A DNA stretch of 64,000 nt, taken from contig JAAOMT010000703.1 of NCBI GenBank assembly GCA_016748015.1, positions 866,255 through 930,254 on the forward strand, given 5' to 3'. Below the pieces are notes generated by a model that did no database searches, was not told the origin of the DNA, and saw only the letters and a program-made list of their open reading frames with translations. A program made the translations under genes and the position numbers. The stretch comes from Geosiphon pyriformis uo1. Lineage: Eukaryota > Fungi > Glomeromycota. This document shows positions 1-13,256 of the stretch, piece after piece; the stretch's first letter is position 1, and every line of letters begins with the position of its first letter.

Positions 1-1060
1 TACTTAACAATGTTTTCTTAATTCGCCTTGCTTTAAGAAAATTTATTCTTTTCATCCATGCAATTTTACTAAATTTTTTCATTTTTTCACTTAATATCTA
101 TTCATGGCCAATATTATAAAAAACATGATTAGAAACATTTGGATTTACAAACTGTGTCTTTCTTATCTGAACTCAAAATTGATTTAATTCAGCAATAAAG
201 CTAGGATGTATATGAGACCTGTATATTTCACTTTTAGAATATCCAATGACATTAAAGAGATTAATACACAATCTTTCAAATTTGATACAGTTATGTGCTG
301 CAATTTCCCAATACCATTGTGAAGATGTAGAAGAAATCAATGATTTGAGCATTTTGTTAATTTTTTCAAGTATTGTATCATGGCCTTGATATTAATTTGA
401 AAGTTTAGATCAAGAAATTACAATTTTTTTTTGAATCAGCTTGCAAACTTCAGGCTTCAATCAGTCATTGTTTTTTATTAGCAATTTCAATTAATTGGTA
501 AATAGGATGGCACTGAGCAGACCAAATTGGTGCAAACATTTGTCTAGCCATAAGTTTTAATAAAGACCTATTGAAACAAACTTCAGTATGAAAGTTAATA
601 ATTGCTTGTAAATAAAAAAAAACTTGTTTATACTTTAACTTAAATGTGAGATCTGTTTCATTTTGGGCCTATTCTAAGTAATCTTTAACAGATGGATTTT
701 TCTTAAAAACAACATATGGCCACATTAATTTGGAAGCTATTGCATGCCTATATATATTACATATTGAATCCTATAACTTATGATGATTAGAACATTTTTT
801 AAAAAACTGCAGTTGACTTTTACTCCAATATTTCTGACATTGTGCAAAGTATTTTATATTAATATTCCAATTAATATAGCCATTGCTGTATTTGGAGGGC
901 TTGACAACATAATATTGTGCTATCTTCTATGCAATTATACAAGTATGTAGAGAATCAAATTAACAGTCTTTATTATTGATCATCAGTTGAAAGTAAGAGG
1001 CAAAAAGTGTCGTAGATGCATTATTGAAATTAGGTTTCTTTTTACTGAGAATCTGTTATT
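1..1060 (-). pseudogene. Decayed coding relic, probably TE-derived (possibly DUF6589-like transposase-associated family)
   Basis: The minus strand translates in pieces to protein-like blocks (MARQMFAPIWSAQCHPIYQLIEI...YQGHDTILEKINKMLKSL...WEIAAHNC) broken by stops and frameshifts; CpG-depleted. Family assignment is tentative. Confidence 0.35.
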
Positions 1061-1076
1061 TGTACTTAAAATCTTA

Positions 1077-2957
1077 CAGTTGAATTAAAACCTTCATTTT
1101 TATAATTTGGCCACTTTTTATAATCTGAGGCACCTCATATGACATGAGACATCTCATATGTCCAATTAGATATAAGGCAAAATAATGTTTAAGACATAAC
1201 AGATTCATCAATGCATTATAAAAGCAAAATGCAATAAAAAGTGTATTCTTATTAACATGTTAAAAAACACAAACCAAAAGCAAGCAGCAATTTTTTTGGA
1301 GACTAAAAAGGCTCTTTGCCAGTACAAATTAGAACATCCTAACTACTCAGCAAATAGACTTATCAAAATATTTAATCTAAAAATTGACTGCTCTACTGTA
1401 ACAAAGATACTTGCAAAATTAGACCGATGGATTGAAAAGAATATATCTAACAACTCTGGTCAATTGACAAAGGACAAAAAAGAGATGTTTCCAAAGATAA
1501 ATGATGCATTGGGAAAATGGATGCTCAGAGCACTAACTACTAACTGTATTCTTATTGGAAAAATTTTACAAACAAAAGTCCTCAAGTTTGCTGAAAAGTT
1601 TCCAAAAGAAAATAACTTTAAAGCATCAGATAGTTGGTTAAAAAAGTTCAAGAAATGTCATAATTTGCACCACATTAAGATGCATGGCAAAGCAAACAGT
1701 GCTCTCTTGGAAATTTTACCAGAGAAACGAAAAAAACTGTGTGAGATTATCAGCAAATATGATTTAAATAATGTTTACAATGCCGATAAGACAGCATTAT
1801 TCTTTAGAATGCCACCAAATACAACTTTGGCAACAAGATCTACCTCTGGCACCAAGCATAATAAGAGTTGAATTACCATACTTCTTACTTGTAATGCAAC
1901 AGGCAACATCAAGTTGCAGCTTTTAATTATCGGCAAAGCTGCAAAGCCACAATGTTTTTACAATATTAATATGAATGCACTTCCAATTACTTATCATTAC
2001 AATACAAAAGCATGGATGTGAACCAATATTTTTAATGAATAACTTAATTTATTAAATAAAGAAATGTGTTACAAGAAAAAAAAGATTTTGCTATTGCTTG
2101 ATAATACTGGTCCCCATAATAGAAAACCTTCCGTATTATTTAATATTATGATTAAATACCTACTATCCAATACAACATCCCATTTGCAATCATTAGATGC
2201 AGGAATTATTGCATTTTTTAAGGCACAATACTGAAAGTTGTTTCTTTTCTATCTTATTAATTAGTATAATGGCAAGATTCTAATATCAACAGTAACATTA
2301 AAAGATGTAGTTAACTTTCTAATTGATGCATGATCAGTGATAACAACAACTACAATCCAAAACTGTTGGCATCATATGGAAATTCTGAATAATAGTCAAA
2401 TGCTAGCCCATCTATTAGATATTGAACAAGAACTCCTACAAGAAGTACAAGTTCTTATTGAGTATGTTAATATTGACAAGCTATTGGCAATAGACTTTAT
2501 TAATATTGACAAGTTTGAATCATTATTCACTTATGTCTCAGAGAATGAAATTGTGGATTTTATTAACAATAAATATAGTGGAAATTCTAATGCAAATGAA
2601 GATTTAGAAAGTGAAAATAAAGATAAACCTTTGCCTTTGCTATCTACACATCAAGATAAAATTGCACTTGAAGATACATTGCACTATTGTGAAGAGCAAT
2701 ATAGTGAAAAAGTTGATTCGGACTTTTTTAAAACTTTGAGAACATTAATTCATAATACTGTTCTCAAAGTTCAAGAAGAAAAAAAACAGTTGTAAATAGA
2801 TAGCTTTTTTAAATAAAATATATATAATTGGTTATTATATTATGCATGTAATATATAGATTATGTAATAAGATATTAATTATTTTTTATAGTCTCATCTC
2901 TTTATAGTTACCACAAATATGCTGACCAAAAAGTGTGATTATAAAGAGAGTTTACTG
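1077..2957 (+). mobile_element. pogo/Tigger (Tc1-mariner superfamily) DNA transposon, inactivated
   Basis: TA|CAGT at 1075-1080 and ACTG|TA at 2954-2959; degenerate TIR (CAGT..AAAACCTTC..TTTATAAT vs reverse complement CAGTAAACTCTCTTTATAAT); contains a transposase. Confidence 0.75.
1257..2795 (+). pseudogene. CENP-B HTH + DDE_1 transposase pseudogene
   Basis: FKASDSWLKKFKK (CENP-B HTH), NVYNADKTALF (first D region), LLLDN..PH, NTTSHLQSLDAGII; in-frame stops. Confidence 0.9.
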
Positions 2958-2989
2958 TAGTAAAAGTATTAAAAGCAGAAAAAGTAATT

Positions 2990-3598
2990 CCAAAAGAATT
3001 TAATAAAATTGATAGAATTTATTAGAGTTCAAAACCACAATTCTTTTTCCTTCAAAATATAGTTTTCTATAACTTGAAATAAAATCATTTTTATATTAAT
3101 AAAATTATTTATTATCACCCAAATCCATATTATTATTATTTAATTAAAGAAATATTAATCTATTCTATTCTATTAACACTTTATGTTGATATAATCTAAT
3201 ACTTAATTACATTAAACCAATAGTTCTTAATCATAACTATTAATGAAATACTAATTTCTTATTTTTATTTTTATTTTTTTGTTGTTTACTAATTGATTAA
3301 AGGAATTAAGTATTAAGTATTTAATGTCAAGAATAACTTAGTAAAAAACCTGGGAATAAGAGTAAAAATTTAAAAATAGCTTATCAGAAAAACATGACTG
3401 TCAAAATAAATTGGTCATTATGTTGAAAAAAAAAATTCACAAAAAAAATTATTAATTAAATTTCTGTTCATTATACAAAAGACTTAACCAAAACTTTTAA
3501 ACTCCAAAACCATTAGAAATTATTAATATTATTAGCTATTAAGCACCAAGTTATGAGTTTGTTATTTGTTTTAACACTCTAAATAATTATTTATAATA
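2990..3598 (+). repeat. LTR of Gypsy family B (5'-truncated, decayed), followed by PBS-like TTTGGTG at 3599
   Basis: Homologous to 15890-16823 and, inverted, to 14464-15289 and 21055-21630; ends tataata (decayed TGTAACA), then TTTGGTGC. Confidence 0.7.
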
Positions 3599-5030
3599 TT
3601 TGGTGCTTTTTGTAAAGTATAATTTAACAGAAAACCAGTACCAACATTAACCAGAAATTAGAGAAATACTTAGCTAGCAATCAAGCAATTTATCAGTTTT
3701 TACAATATTACAATAATTAAAGAAACTTCAATTATTTCCAAAATTAATCATATTTATCATTAGCAAATCAACTATAACAACAAAAAATATGTAATTGTTA
3801 CCAATATAATAAACAAAGCCATCTAAAAGCAAATTGTCACTCTAAATTTAATAACTAACAATTAAAAAATCAATATCAAACCCTAATTATAAGTTTTAAA
3901 TTTAGAACTATACTAACAATTTATTATTAAAATCATATTCATATCAGTCTTATTATACTCCAATAATACAACAATCAATATATTTATCTTCAATATATCA
4001 AACTTCAGCATCAGTAATATATCAACCACAGTTACAAATTATTTATCAAATCCAATTAATTTAAACACTACCACAAAATTTAGCTTAAATGTCAACTAGA
4101 AACCAAAAACCAAAAATTACACACATTCAACAGAACTGAAGATCAGCAATAATTATGCACCAACCAATTTCCAGTTCTTCAAACCAGTTATTAAAATCAC
4201 ATCAGTGGAGTTTGAAAAGTGGATACACTCAAAATCCAAATTTGCAGAACTATTTAAGTCTTCTGGCTGTAACAAAAAACAACTTACCCAATAACCTGAA
4301 AACCAACTATCAACTATTTATTAACAATATCTCATCAGCAATTATTACAGAAAATGAATTACTAACCACTATCTTTTTATTCAAGTTGAAGACCCAATTA
4401 GAAACTTTGTTATTCAATAAAACTGTTTTTAATACCAAATCAATCACTACTATGTACAATAATGCTAAAGTTGATGGCCAATCTATCAAGTTAATTTTTA
4501 ATAATGGGTTAATAGACAGCATTATCACATAACAATTCATGAACCAATTAGGTTACTAAGTTGATTGAGCTGCCAGTACTAAAATTATTACAGCTAATAA
4601 AGTGACAAAGATTTTTATTGGCAAAATTGACAACTTTTTTTTTGAAGTCAATAATATTATTGTATTTATCAAGATTCTTATTATAAAAGCCACATAATAT
4701 CAAGCTTTTATTGATAATAACTGGTTATTTAAAACCAATATCATGCTCAACTAAAATATCCAAAAGCTATAGCTCAGTTAAGATAGTTAGCAAATTCAAA
4801 TACTAGCTACCTACAGCCACTTTAAAACAAACATCACCATCTAATCACCACTAATCAAATTCAAAGAAAAAAAAACCTATCTAAAAAGCCTATCAAGTCT
4901 TATAGGCTAAAGATAAGCACAATAAACTGCTACCAATATTTTTTTGGAATAATAAGAAAAAAAGAAAATGACTTGCAAGCCACCTTCTCTATAGAAAAAA
5001 CAAATAATAATTAGCATGTTTCATATTTGT
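3599..5030 (+). mobile_element. Decayed Gypsy-B internal region (gag-protease relic)
   Basis: TTMYNNAKVDGQSIKLIFNNGLIDSIIT aligns to the protease of the intact element (AIYAEAEVKGKPICLILDSGSAGSVIT). Confidence 0.75.
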
Positions 5031-5107
5031 TATTACAGATGATTATTTAGAGTGTAAAAACAAATAACAAATTCATAATTTGGTGCTTAATAACTGAATG
5101 ATATTGG

Positions 5108-6087
5108 TGTTATCAAACGAAATTAGAGATATTATTTAGCATAAAATTATCTTATAATTCCTATTATTAATTAGCATATATTATCGTTCCAAATAATCAC
5201 TTATTACATTAGCAAAAAATGTCCGAAATTATCATTTAATTAATAACTCAAATTGTACACAACACAAATGTAACCTAATTGCGATGATCAATCATGCAAT
5301 ACCCCAAACTATGTAACATTCAGAAGTTTGCCGAAATTTGTAGAATTTGCCGAAATAATTGATAGTTCACCGAAATATTTAATAGTTCGCCAAAATAACT
5401 TGTAGTTCGCCGAAATGTATCTTTAGTTCAGCAAAATTGTAGAAAATAGCAAAGTTTAAGTTCATAGAATAGTGTTACAACAAGTTGTATAAAAGAAGAG
5501 CTTCTCTCTTCGAGAAAATGTATCTTACTTTAGATTTATTACTTAGAACTATTTCTACACACACAAAAAGAAATAAATACCAAATAATTTGAAAAACCAA
5601 ATTCTTTAATTATTGCCCTTGGAAAATCCCCAAAACCCAACTAACATTTCGAAATTGATTAGCTACCAATTTCAGTAAAACTGTTAGTGACTCCAGATCT
5701 GGATAGAAAACGTTTCTCTTGACAAAAATTCTATTTCTTTTACATTTCTTTTATTTTCTTTTATTTTTCTTATTATAATCATTAGGGTAGCCTACAGACA
5801 AGATTCCTGTAGAAGAGTTGACTTCAACAGCAAAGTTACTACACATTTTTAGTGAGCTTCCAGACAAGCAATTCCTGGGAAAGAGTTGACGTTTACTACA
5901 ATGTAACTACATAAAGTAACTGGCAAGGAATTGGCCATTCCACTTATAAGCCTAGCAGTTCAAATTATAGGAGATAATTTGAAGATAAATTCAGTTACTG
6001 GAGGTTCAACCACATCCAGAAAACGTGAATTCACAGCAAATAAGTATCAACAACATTACAGAAAAGAGACCAAAAACCTCTGGTAAC
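5108..6087 (+). repeat. 5' LTR of Gypsy-A
   Basis: Direct repeat of 13726-14463 over ~735 bp; TATA-like TGTATAAAA near 5486; tandem AGTTCGCCGAAAT motifs. Confidence 0.95.
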
Positions 6088-6386
6088 NNNNNNNNNNNNN
6101 NNNNNNNNNNNNNNNNNNNNNNNNNNNNNNNNNNNNNNNNNNNNNNNNNNNNNNNNNNNNNNNNNNNNNNNNNNNNNNNNNNNNNNNNNNNNNNNNNNNN
6201 NNNNNNNNNNNNNNNNNNNNNNNNNNNNNNNNNNNNNNNNNNNNNNNNNNNNNNNNNNNNNNNNNNNNNNNNNNNNNNNNNNNNNNNNNNNNNNNNNNNN
6301 NNNNNNNNNNNNNNNNNNNNNNNNNNNNNNNNNNNNNNNNNNNNNNNNNNNNNNNNNNNNNNNNNNNNNNNNNNNNNNNNNNNNNA

Positions 6387-8130
6387 TTTTAACATTATCA
6401 AATACTATGAAGAAACATATCTAGTGCAGTCTCAATACACTATTGATTTTGAATCAGAAACAGAAACAAGCAACAAAGGCAAAAACAAATTAAAGCAATA
6501 TTCAAGAACCACTCCAAATACTCCAACACTACCGAAAACAACTGCCAAACATTTACAAACACCTGAACAAGGAACCAGTTCAAAACTTCCACTTACTATC
6601 ACACTTTTTCTAGCTTCGCTTGCACAAGCACAAACACCTAATTCACTCTTGAATCAATTTGCAAGACCAGAAGATTTTACATCACTCAGAAGTTCCACCA
6701 AACAACAAGAACCCCTTCAAACTAGTTCCAATCTCCTTGATTTTCTAGCTGAAAATCAAAGTGAACACTCTGAGACAGCAGCAAACAAAGAAAACAACTC
6801 TGAAATAACCGAAGAAGAATCAATAGACAGTGAAAACAAAGAAAACAAAATGACAACATACATCGCAAAAATCCCTGAATTCAATGGAGAAAATATTGAG
6901 ACCAGTCCTCAAGAATGGCTCGACCAAGTTACTAAAGCTGGAGATGCAAATAGATGGAACGCTGCCAGAATGTTAAGAACAATTCCCTACTTTCTCAAAG
7001 GAACAGCAGGAGAATGGTTTGAAAACCTTGCTGCCCCATTCAATGATTGAAATGCTTTCAAAGCAGCCTTCCTTGAACAGTTTACCGACAATAATACCTC
7101 TATCACTCTTCACAATCATTTTCGAAATATCAAACAAGAACCCTCCGAATCCATTATGACTTATATTGGGAAATTCAACAAATTTCTCAGATGGATTTGC
7201 CAACTCGAAACAAACAATTATTATTCCAATGCTCAAATCTTGGATCAATTTATCGCTGGTCTAAAAGATAAACTAATTAAAAAAGTTCGCCCACATGCAC
7301 CAGAAGATTTAAACTCTGCAATACAGCACGCAAAAAGATACAAAATGGCCATAGAAGAAGCCAATTGTACAAAACTTGTAAATTTGGCAATTGGAGAAAC
7401 CAGCTTAGCAGCTGAGAAAAAAATTGACCAACTTACAAAGAAGGTCGAAAACTATTTTACCAACTAACAACAACAACCCCAAAGATATCAACCACTCCAA
7501 AGACGAAATCAAAATAACTTTGCACCATTTTCCAATAACCAGCCCCAAAATTGCCATTACTGTGAAATCTCTGGCCACTGGAAAAGAGATTGCAGAAAGC
7601 TGCAATGAGACCAACAAAATAGGGGTAATTAACGTTACTCTCCACCACAGCAATCTTATTATCAATTATTACCACCAGTTTACTATCCACCAAGACCCCA
7701 ATACCAAAATAACTATTATCAGTCCACCCCACAACCAATCCAACAGCAATACCAACAACCATCCACACAACATTATCAAGTCCCTACTCAAAGACTGATT
7801 ACACAAAATCAATTCACACCACAAAACCGATACCAAGTAAACAACAATAGAATTAGTTCAAACAACCAATTGGTTCCCCGAAATACCACTCAATCAAGAC
7901 CCAACCATTACCACACTCAACCCAGTTATTTAACAATGCCGGAAGAACAAGATTTTCACCATACTGTACTCTCGGAAGGTAGAGCTGCAGCACAACAACA
8001 ACAAAACCCTTTTTATAACCACACCACTATTCCACCAGCCCAAATTGCTGAAAACGCCAATCTCTCTGATATCTTTCCTTTTGAATTTGAAGCAAATGAA
8101 TCACCATTCTTGCTTAGCAATGCAGCGGCC
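6387..8130 (+). pseudogene. Gypsy-A gag (capsid + CCHC knuckle)
   Basis: IPEFNGEN..PQEWLDQV, QFIAGLKDKL, knuckle CHYCEISGHWKRDC at ~7552-7593; stops are single-transition changes (e.g. CGA/TGG>TGA, CAA>TAA). Confidence 0.9.
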
Positions 8131-8139
8131 AATGAACAA

Positions 8140-8530
8140 AAAGCCATCACTGCAATATATGCAGAAGCTGAAGTAAAAGGAAAGCCAATTTGCTTGATCC
8201 TAGACAGTGGATCTGCTGGAAGCGTTATTACCTACCAGTTAATGCAACAGTTAAAAAGAAATGTCGACTGACCAGCTCAAACAGTAATCGTCACTGCTGA
8301 TGGCATGAAAAAGACACCAGTAGGAGAAATTGACAATTTTCTATTTACTCTTGATGGAATCACCATTTCAGTCAAAGTTCTTGTAATGGACGCACCCCAG
8401 TACCAAGCTCTCGTCAGAAATGATTGGCTTCAAAAAGCCAATGCTAATCTGAATTGGAAAACACAAGAGTTAACAATCTCCTACCAAGGACAACACGCCC
8501 GGATACCTGCCATTTGTGGTACATTCAACA
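8140..8530 (+). pseudogene. Gypsy-A aspartic protease
   Basis: LILDSGSAGS active site, ALVRNDWL; in frame with gag. Confidence 0.9.
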
Positions 8531-9459
8531 AACACTCTGAAAAAGCCCCGGCTTTTGAATTTGAACCAAAAGAAGAAAAACCAATAATCAAAACATTCAT
8601 GGCTCTTGGATCAACGTCCAACTGGGCCGATAAAACAGAACAAGAACACTTTACCCCACACATTAAACCTGAAACCTCTGGATGGAATATACCTTACTCA
8701 AAACCCAAATCAAGAAAACAATGCTCCTATATTCCCCTTAAATGTAAGGACTGCCACAAGAAACTATTGTCAATGGGAGCCTGCATTTCACCTGAAGAAG
8801 AATATGAAAATCATACTTGTTATTACTGCAAGGCTTGCCACAGAGAGCAATGGGGCCATCTAATAAAAAGGAGCAGAAAATGGGACAATACTGCTTGTTT
8901 GACTTGTGGAGATATGCTACTGGAAGAATGCAATTGGATTGATGTAGCAATGAGAGAAGGCGTCTGCAATCAGACCTGCCAATATGCCTTATCAATTTCA
9001 GAAAAAGTAAAAAGAGGAACACCCTTTAATGCAGCATACAACAGTGCTCTCAACAAACTTTATCACTACCCTTATAATGCCGAGGTGATTTTCGACTTAG
9101 CAATGGCATTAATTAATGAAGCTACCAAAGAAGATGTTCGTCAAATGAAAGAAGCAGAATACATTGAATACACTATAGAATTAGCTGGATTTAATTACGA
9201 AGATGAAGTAAAAGTCTATCACCAAATTGCAAGTCACACCTACCTGACCCAAGAAGCTCAAATTCAATGATTAGAGCAAATGAACATTAGGCTATGTGAA
9301 GAATGCATTATGCCTTGTGATGAACAATAGTGTCCTGAATGCTATGTTCTTAGTATTCTCTTGCCCAGCGAAAATGATGAGAATGAAATGGAGAACCTGA
9401 AGAAACGGAAGAAATTGAAACAACACCCATCTACCTTATCGAAAATCAGTCTGCCTTAC

Positions 9460-9890
9460 AACTTAAATACTTCAACAACAACGGACAAGGAATAAAACCT
9501 GAAAAAGCACACGAAATTGATGCTGGATATGACCTAAGATATCCAGGCAAGGATACTCTTGTTCTCAAACCCAAATCTCTCACAAAAATCAACCTCAAAA
9601 TTGCACTCAAAATTCCGCCAAGAGCAATGGTTCAAATCGCCTCTCGGTCCTCTCTGGCAAGCAAAGGAATCAATGTCAGAAGAGAAATAATCGATGCTGG
9701 ATATACTGGAGACATAACAGTGATGCTTCAAAATGAAACTGACAAACCATTCAAGATCGAACATGCTGAAAAAATTGCCCAAGCTATTTACCTACCCTTA
9801 ATCAACATTTCGGGTTTGCAATTAGTCAATCAAAGAGAACAATTAGGAAAAAGCGATAGAGGAACCCAAGGTTTTGGTTCAACTGGACGA
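9460..9890 (+). pseudogene. Gypsy-A trimeric-type dUTPase domain
   Basis: All five dUTPase motifs: DAGYDL, SRSSLA, IIDAGYTG, KIAQ, RGTQGFGSTG. Confidence 0.95.
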
Positions 9891-10419
9891 TTCACAGTTC
9901 CAGTTAATATAGCTCTTAACACACAGAACGAATCCCACCAGATTCTCAGACTTCCACAACCGATTACCATCTCACCCTTTGGAAAACATCTGGAAATCTA
10001 CACTTGCACAAAGCCAACAACCACACAACAAATTTTTGAGTCCAATGAACAAGTCTGCTTGGAACATAATATTTCAATCCCAAACATTTATATTCCAGAA
10101 AGAACAAAGAAAGTCCGAGTTACTTTTTACAACCCCAATAATTACCCCATAATTTTATTAAATAATTTAGAAATTGGAGTTATTCACAGTAATATATTTC
10201 AACAAGAATTACCCCAAACAGTCCCCGATTTTTCTGAAATTATTGGACATTCACTACTGAAAATCAACCCAAACTCTAGCTCTAAAAACTACCATGTTGT
10301 CATGGAAAAACTATCTCGAATCAACATGGGACAACTTGAACTACAACAACAGACCCAGTTCAAAGAACTAATTGCAGAATTTGCTAATATTTTTGCCAAA
10401 AACAACAATAACTTAGGAA

Positions 10420-11729
10420 GAACTGATTTGGTTCAACACCAAATCTATACAGGAGATGCCAAACCCAGGCGACAACAAGCCTACCAAGTTGCTCCAGAAA
10501 GTCACCAATTTATCCAAGAAGAAGTACAACGGATGCTTAACAATGGGCTTATTCAACCATCAATGAGCCCATGGGCCTCACCTGTGGTTCTAGTTAAAAA
10601 GAAAAATGGAAAGATACGATTTTGTGTTGATTACTGACAACTTAACATTGTCACCATTAGGGATGCCTATCCTCTTCCCCGAATTGATGACATGTTGGAT
10701 GCCCTTGGGAAGTCCAAATACTTTTCAACATTAGATTTAGAGAGTGGATACTGGCAAGTTGCTATGGATCCTAAAGACCGCCCCAAAACAGCATTCACTA
10801 CTCAAGGAGAAAATTACGAGTTCAATGTAATGCCTTTCGGATTATGCAATGCACCAGCAACATTTCAAAGACTCATGGATGTTGTTTACAAAGGCCTCTT
10901 TTGGAAATCAGTAGTAATTTATCTTGATGACACTGATGTTTATTCACCGTCTTTCGAGCTACATTTAATTCACCTGCGAAAAGTTTTTCAATGATTACAG
11001 AAAGCAGGATTGAAACTGAACATTGAAAAATGCTACTTCGGAAAAACAAGTTTAGCTTTTCTTGGTCACATTGTTAGCAAAGATGGAATTAAACCAGACT
11101 CCAGAAAAATCAGTACTGTCAAAAACTTCAAGACTCCACAAAATACCACAGAATTAAGAGGATTTATTGGATTAGCATCCTATTACTGAAAATTCATCAA
11201 AGGATTCTCAGAAATTGCAAAACCCCTCAACCAGCTCACTATGAAAAATGTCGAATACAAATGGACAAAAGAACACCAAAATGCCTTCGAGATACTCAAG
11301 AAAAAACTCACAACAGCTCCAATTCTCACCTACTCAGACTTCAGCAACCAATTCCGGTTAGCAACTGACGCTTCTTATACTGTCTTTGGTGCCATCCTAT
11401 CACAGTTAGATGACAATGGAAATGAGCAAGTAATTGCTTATGCTAGTAGAACATTAAAGCCAGCCGAAAAGAACTACCCCACAACAGAATTAGAAACTGC
11501 AGCAGTAATCTGGGCCCTATATCACTTCAACCTTTACCTTAGACCCAAAGAATTCGATATTATCACTGATAATATTGGACTTAAATGGCTTCAAAACAAA
11601 AACACCCAGCTGAACGCAAAACAAACCTGATGGACAGGATTTTTAGCTAATTACCAATACATCGTACACCACAAACCAGAAAAACTCCACACCAACGTTG
11701 ATTGTCTCTCAAGGATGAGGCAAGATTAG
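10420..11729 (+). pseudogene. Gypsy-A reverse transcriptase and RNase H
   Basis: SPWASPVVLVKKK, RFCVDY, LDLESGYWQ, MPFGLCNAPATFQ, YLDD; RH motifs TDAS, ELE, TDN; several CGA>TGA stops. Confidence 0.95.
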
Positions 11730-11777
11730 AAACAAAACCAACACCCAATTGAATTAACAGCATCAAAACAACAAACA

Positions 11778-13140
11778 ATGAACCCCGAAAACTACAACAA
11801 TCTCAAACAATATTTGGAGACATTAACAATTCCAACAGATTGGTCTCCAGATGAAAAACATCGGTTACAACAACAAGCCAAACAATATTTTCTATACAAC
11901 AACATTATCTATCATCGAAATTTCAAAAACCCAACCAAACCACTCAGATTAATACAAGAACAAGAAAAAAAGACCATTTTATACAACATGCACTTGAATC
12001 CTTCATCAGCACACTTCAGAAAAGATAGCACCACCCAAAGAACACTAGAATACTACTTTTGGCCTCGAATGAGAAAAGATATTCACGAATATGTCGAATC
12101 TTGTGATAGTTGTCAAAGAAGAGGAGGAACTTGCCCTACAGAATCTTTAAATCCAATCAAAGTTGGACAGCCTTTTGACAGAGTTGGTATCAATTTAGTT
12201 GGACCACTATCTATCACCATTCAAGGAAACCGTTATATTGCAGTAGCTGTAGACTATCTTACTAAATGGCCTGAAGCCAGAGCCATTCAACGAGCAGATG
12301 CAAAATCAGTAGCAAATTTTATCTATGAAGACATCATTTGTAGACATGGATGTTCAATTGAACTTTTATCCGATCAGAGAACACACTTTGTGAACAATCT
12401 GATACAAGAAATTTGTGAACAATTCAATGTCAAAAGACCTCTGTCTTCACCCTACCATCCACAAACAAACGGACTTGTGGAATGTTTTAACAGAACATTG
12501 TGTGAGTCATTAGCCAAAGTCTCAACCAATTTTGAGCAAGAATGGGATCTCTTTATTCCATCAGTGTTACTAGCATATAGGACATTAAAACAAGATACCA
12601 CAAAACACACACCATTTGATTTAACTTATGGAAGAATGGCAACATTATCAATTAGTTTCACAGTGGAAACATACCCAGCACAACTGATCGATGAAAACAA
12701 TTTCCAAGAAACGCTTCAGCAAAGAGCCTACACTCTGCTTAGTACATTGGAAGGAAAATGACAAATAGCAGCCACCCATATTGAACACTTCCAAGCTCAA
12801 CAAAAAGAACGGCATGATGACAAATTACCTTTAGTCATCAATAAATTCAAAATTGGAAACAAAGTTCTCTTATACAAAACTAAAGCTGAAAAACAATGGA
12901 GTGGAAAACTTGAAAATAAATGTGATGGACCATTCTTTATCTATGAAATCCTAGACAATGGATCATACAAGCTAAGACTTGATGACATGGAGATTGTTTG
13001 AAACACTATCATTCCAGAAGCAATCCTGAACCATTATTCCACAAATTGGTACACATTCCCCTTTGGTCAGTCCCGAAGATATTTCCCGAAACTTAGAACC
13101 AATAGTTGTTATTGAACAACCTTCCAACCTGAACACTTAA
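11778..13140 (+). pseudogene. Gypsy-A integrase (HHCC, core, GPF/Y), no chromodomain seen
   Basis: H-x6-H...CDSCQ, VDYLTKWPEA, LSDQ, YHPQTNGLVE, DGPFFI; small deletion near 12985. Confidence 0.92.
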
Positions 13141-13256
13141 TTTAATTTTACTAGTCATTCTCTTATAATTTAGAAACAATCTCACAAAAACAAAAACAAA
13201 AATAACATAAAAACTCATACACCAAAAATAATTTTTATTTTTTTCAATTGCTTATA

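Noticed and set aside
5323-5440. CRISPR-like array
   Set aside because: Spacers of only ~6-10 nt, within a eukaryotic LTR, no cas genes.
6006-6401. ORFs spanning N-runs (also 13448-13750)
   Set aside because: Artefacts of assembly gaps.
9385-9400. Programmed frameshift before dUTPase
   Set aside because: No slippery heptamer; more likely a small deletion in this dead copy.
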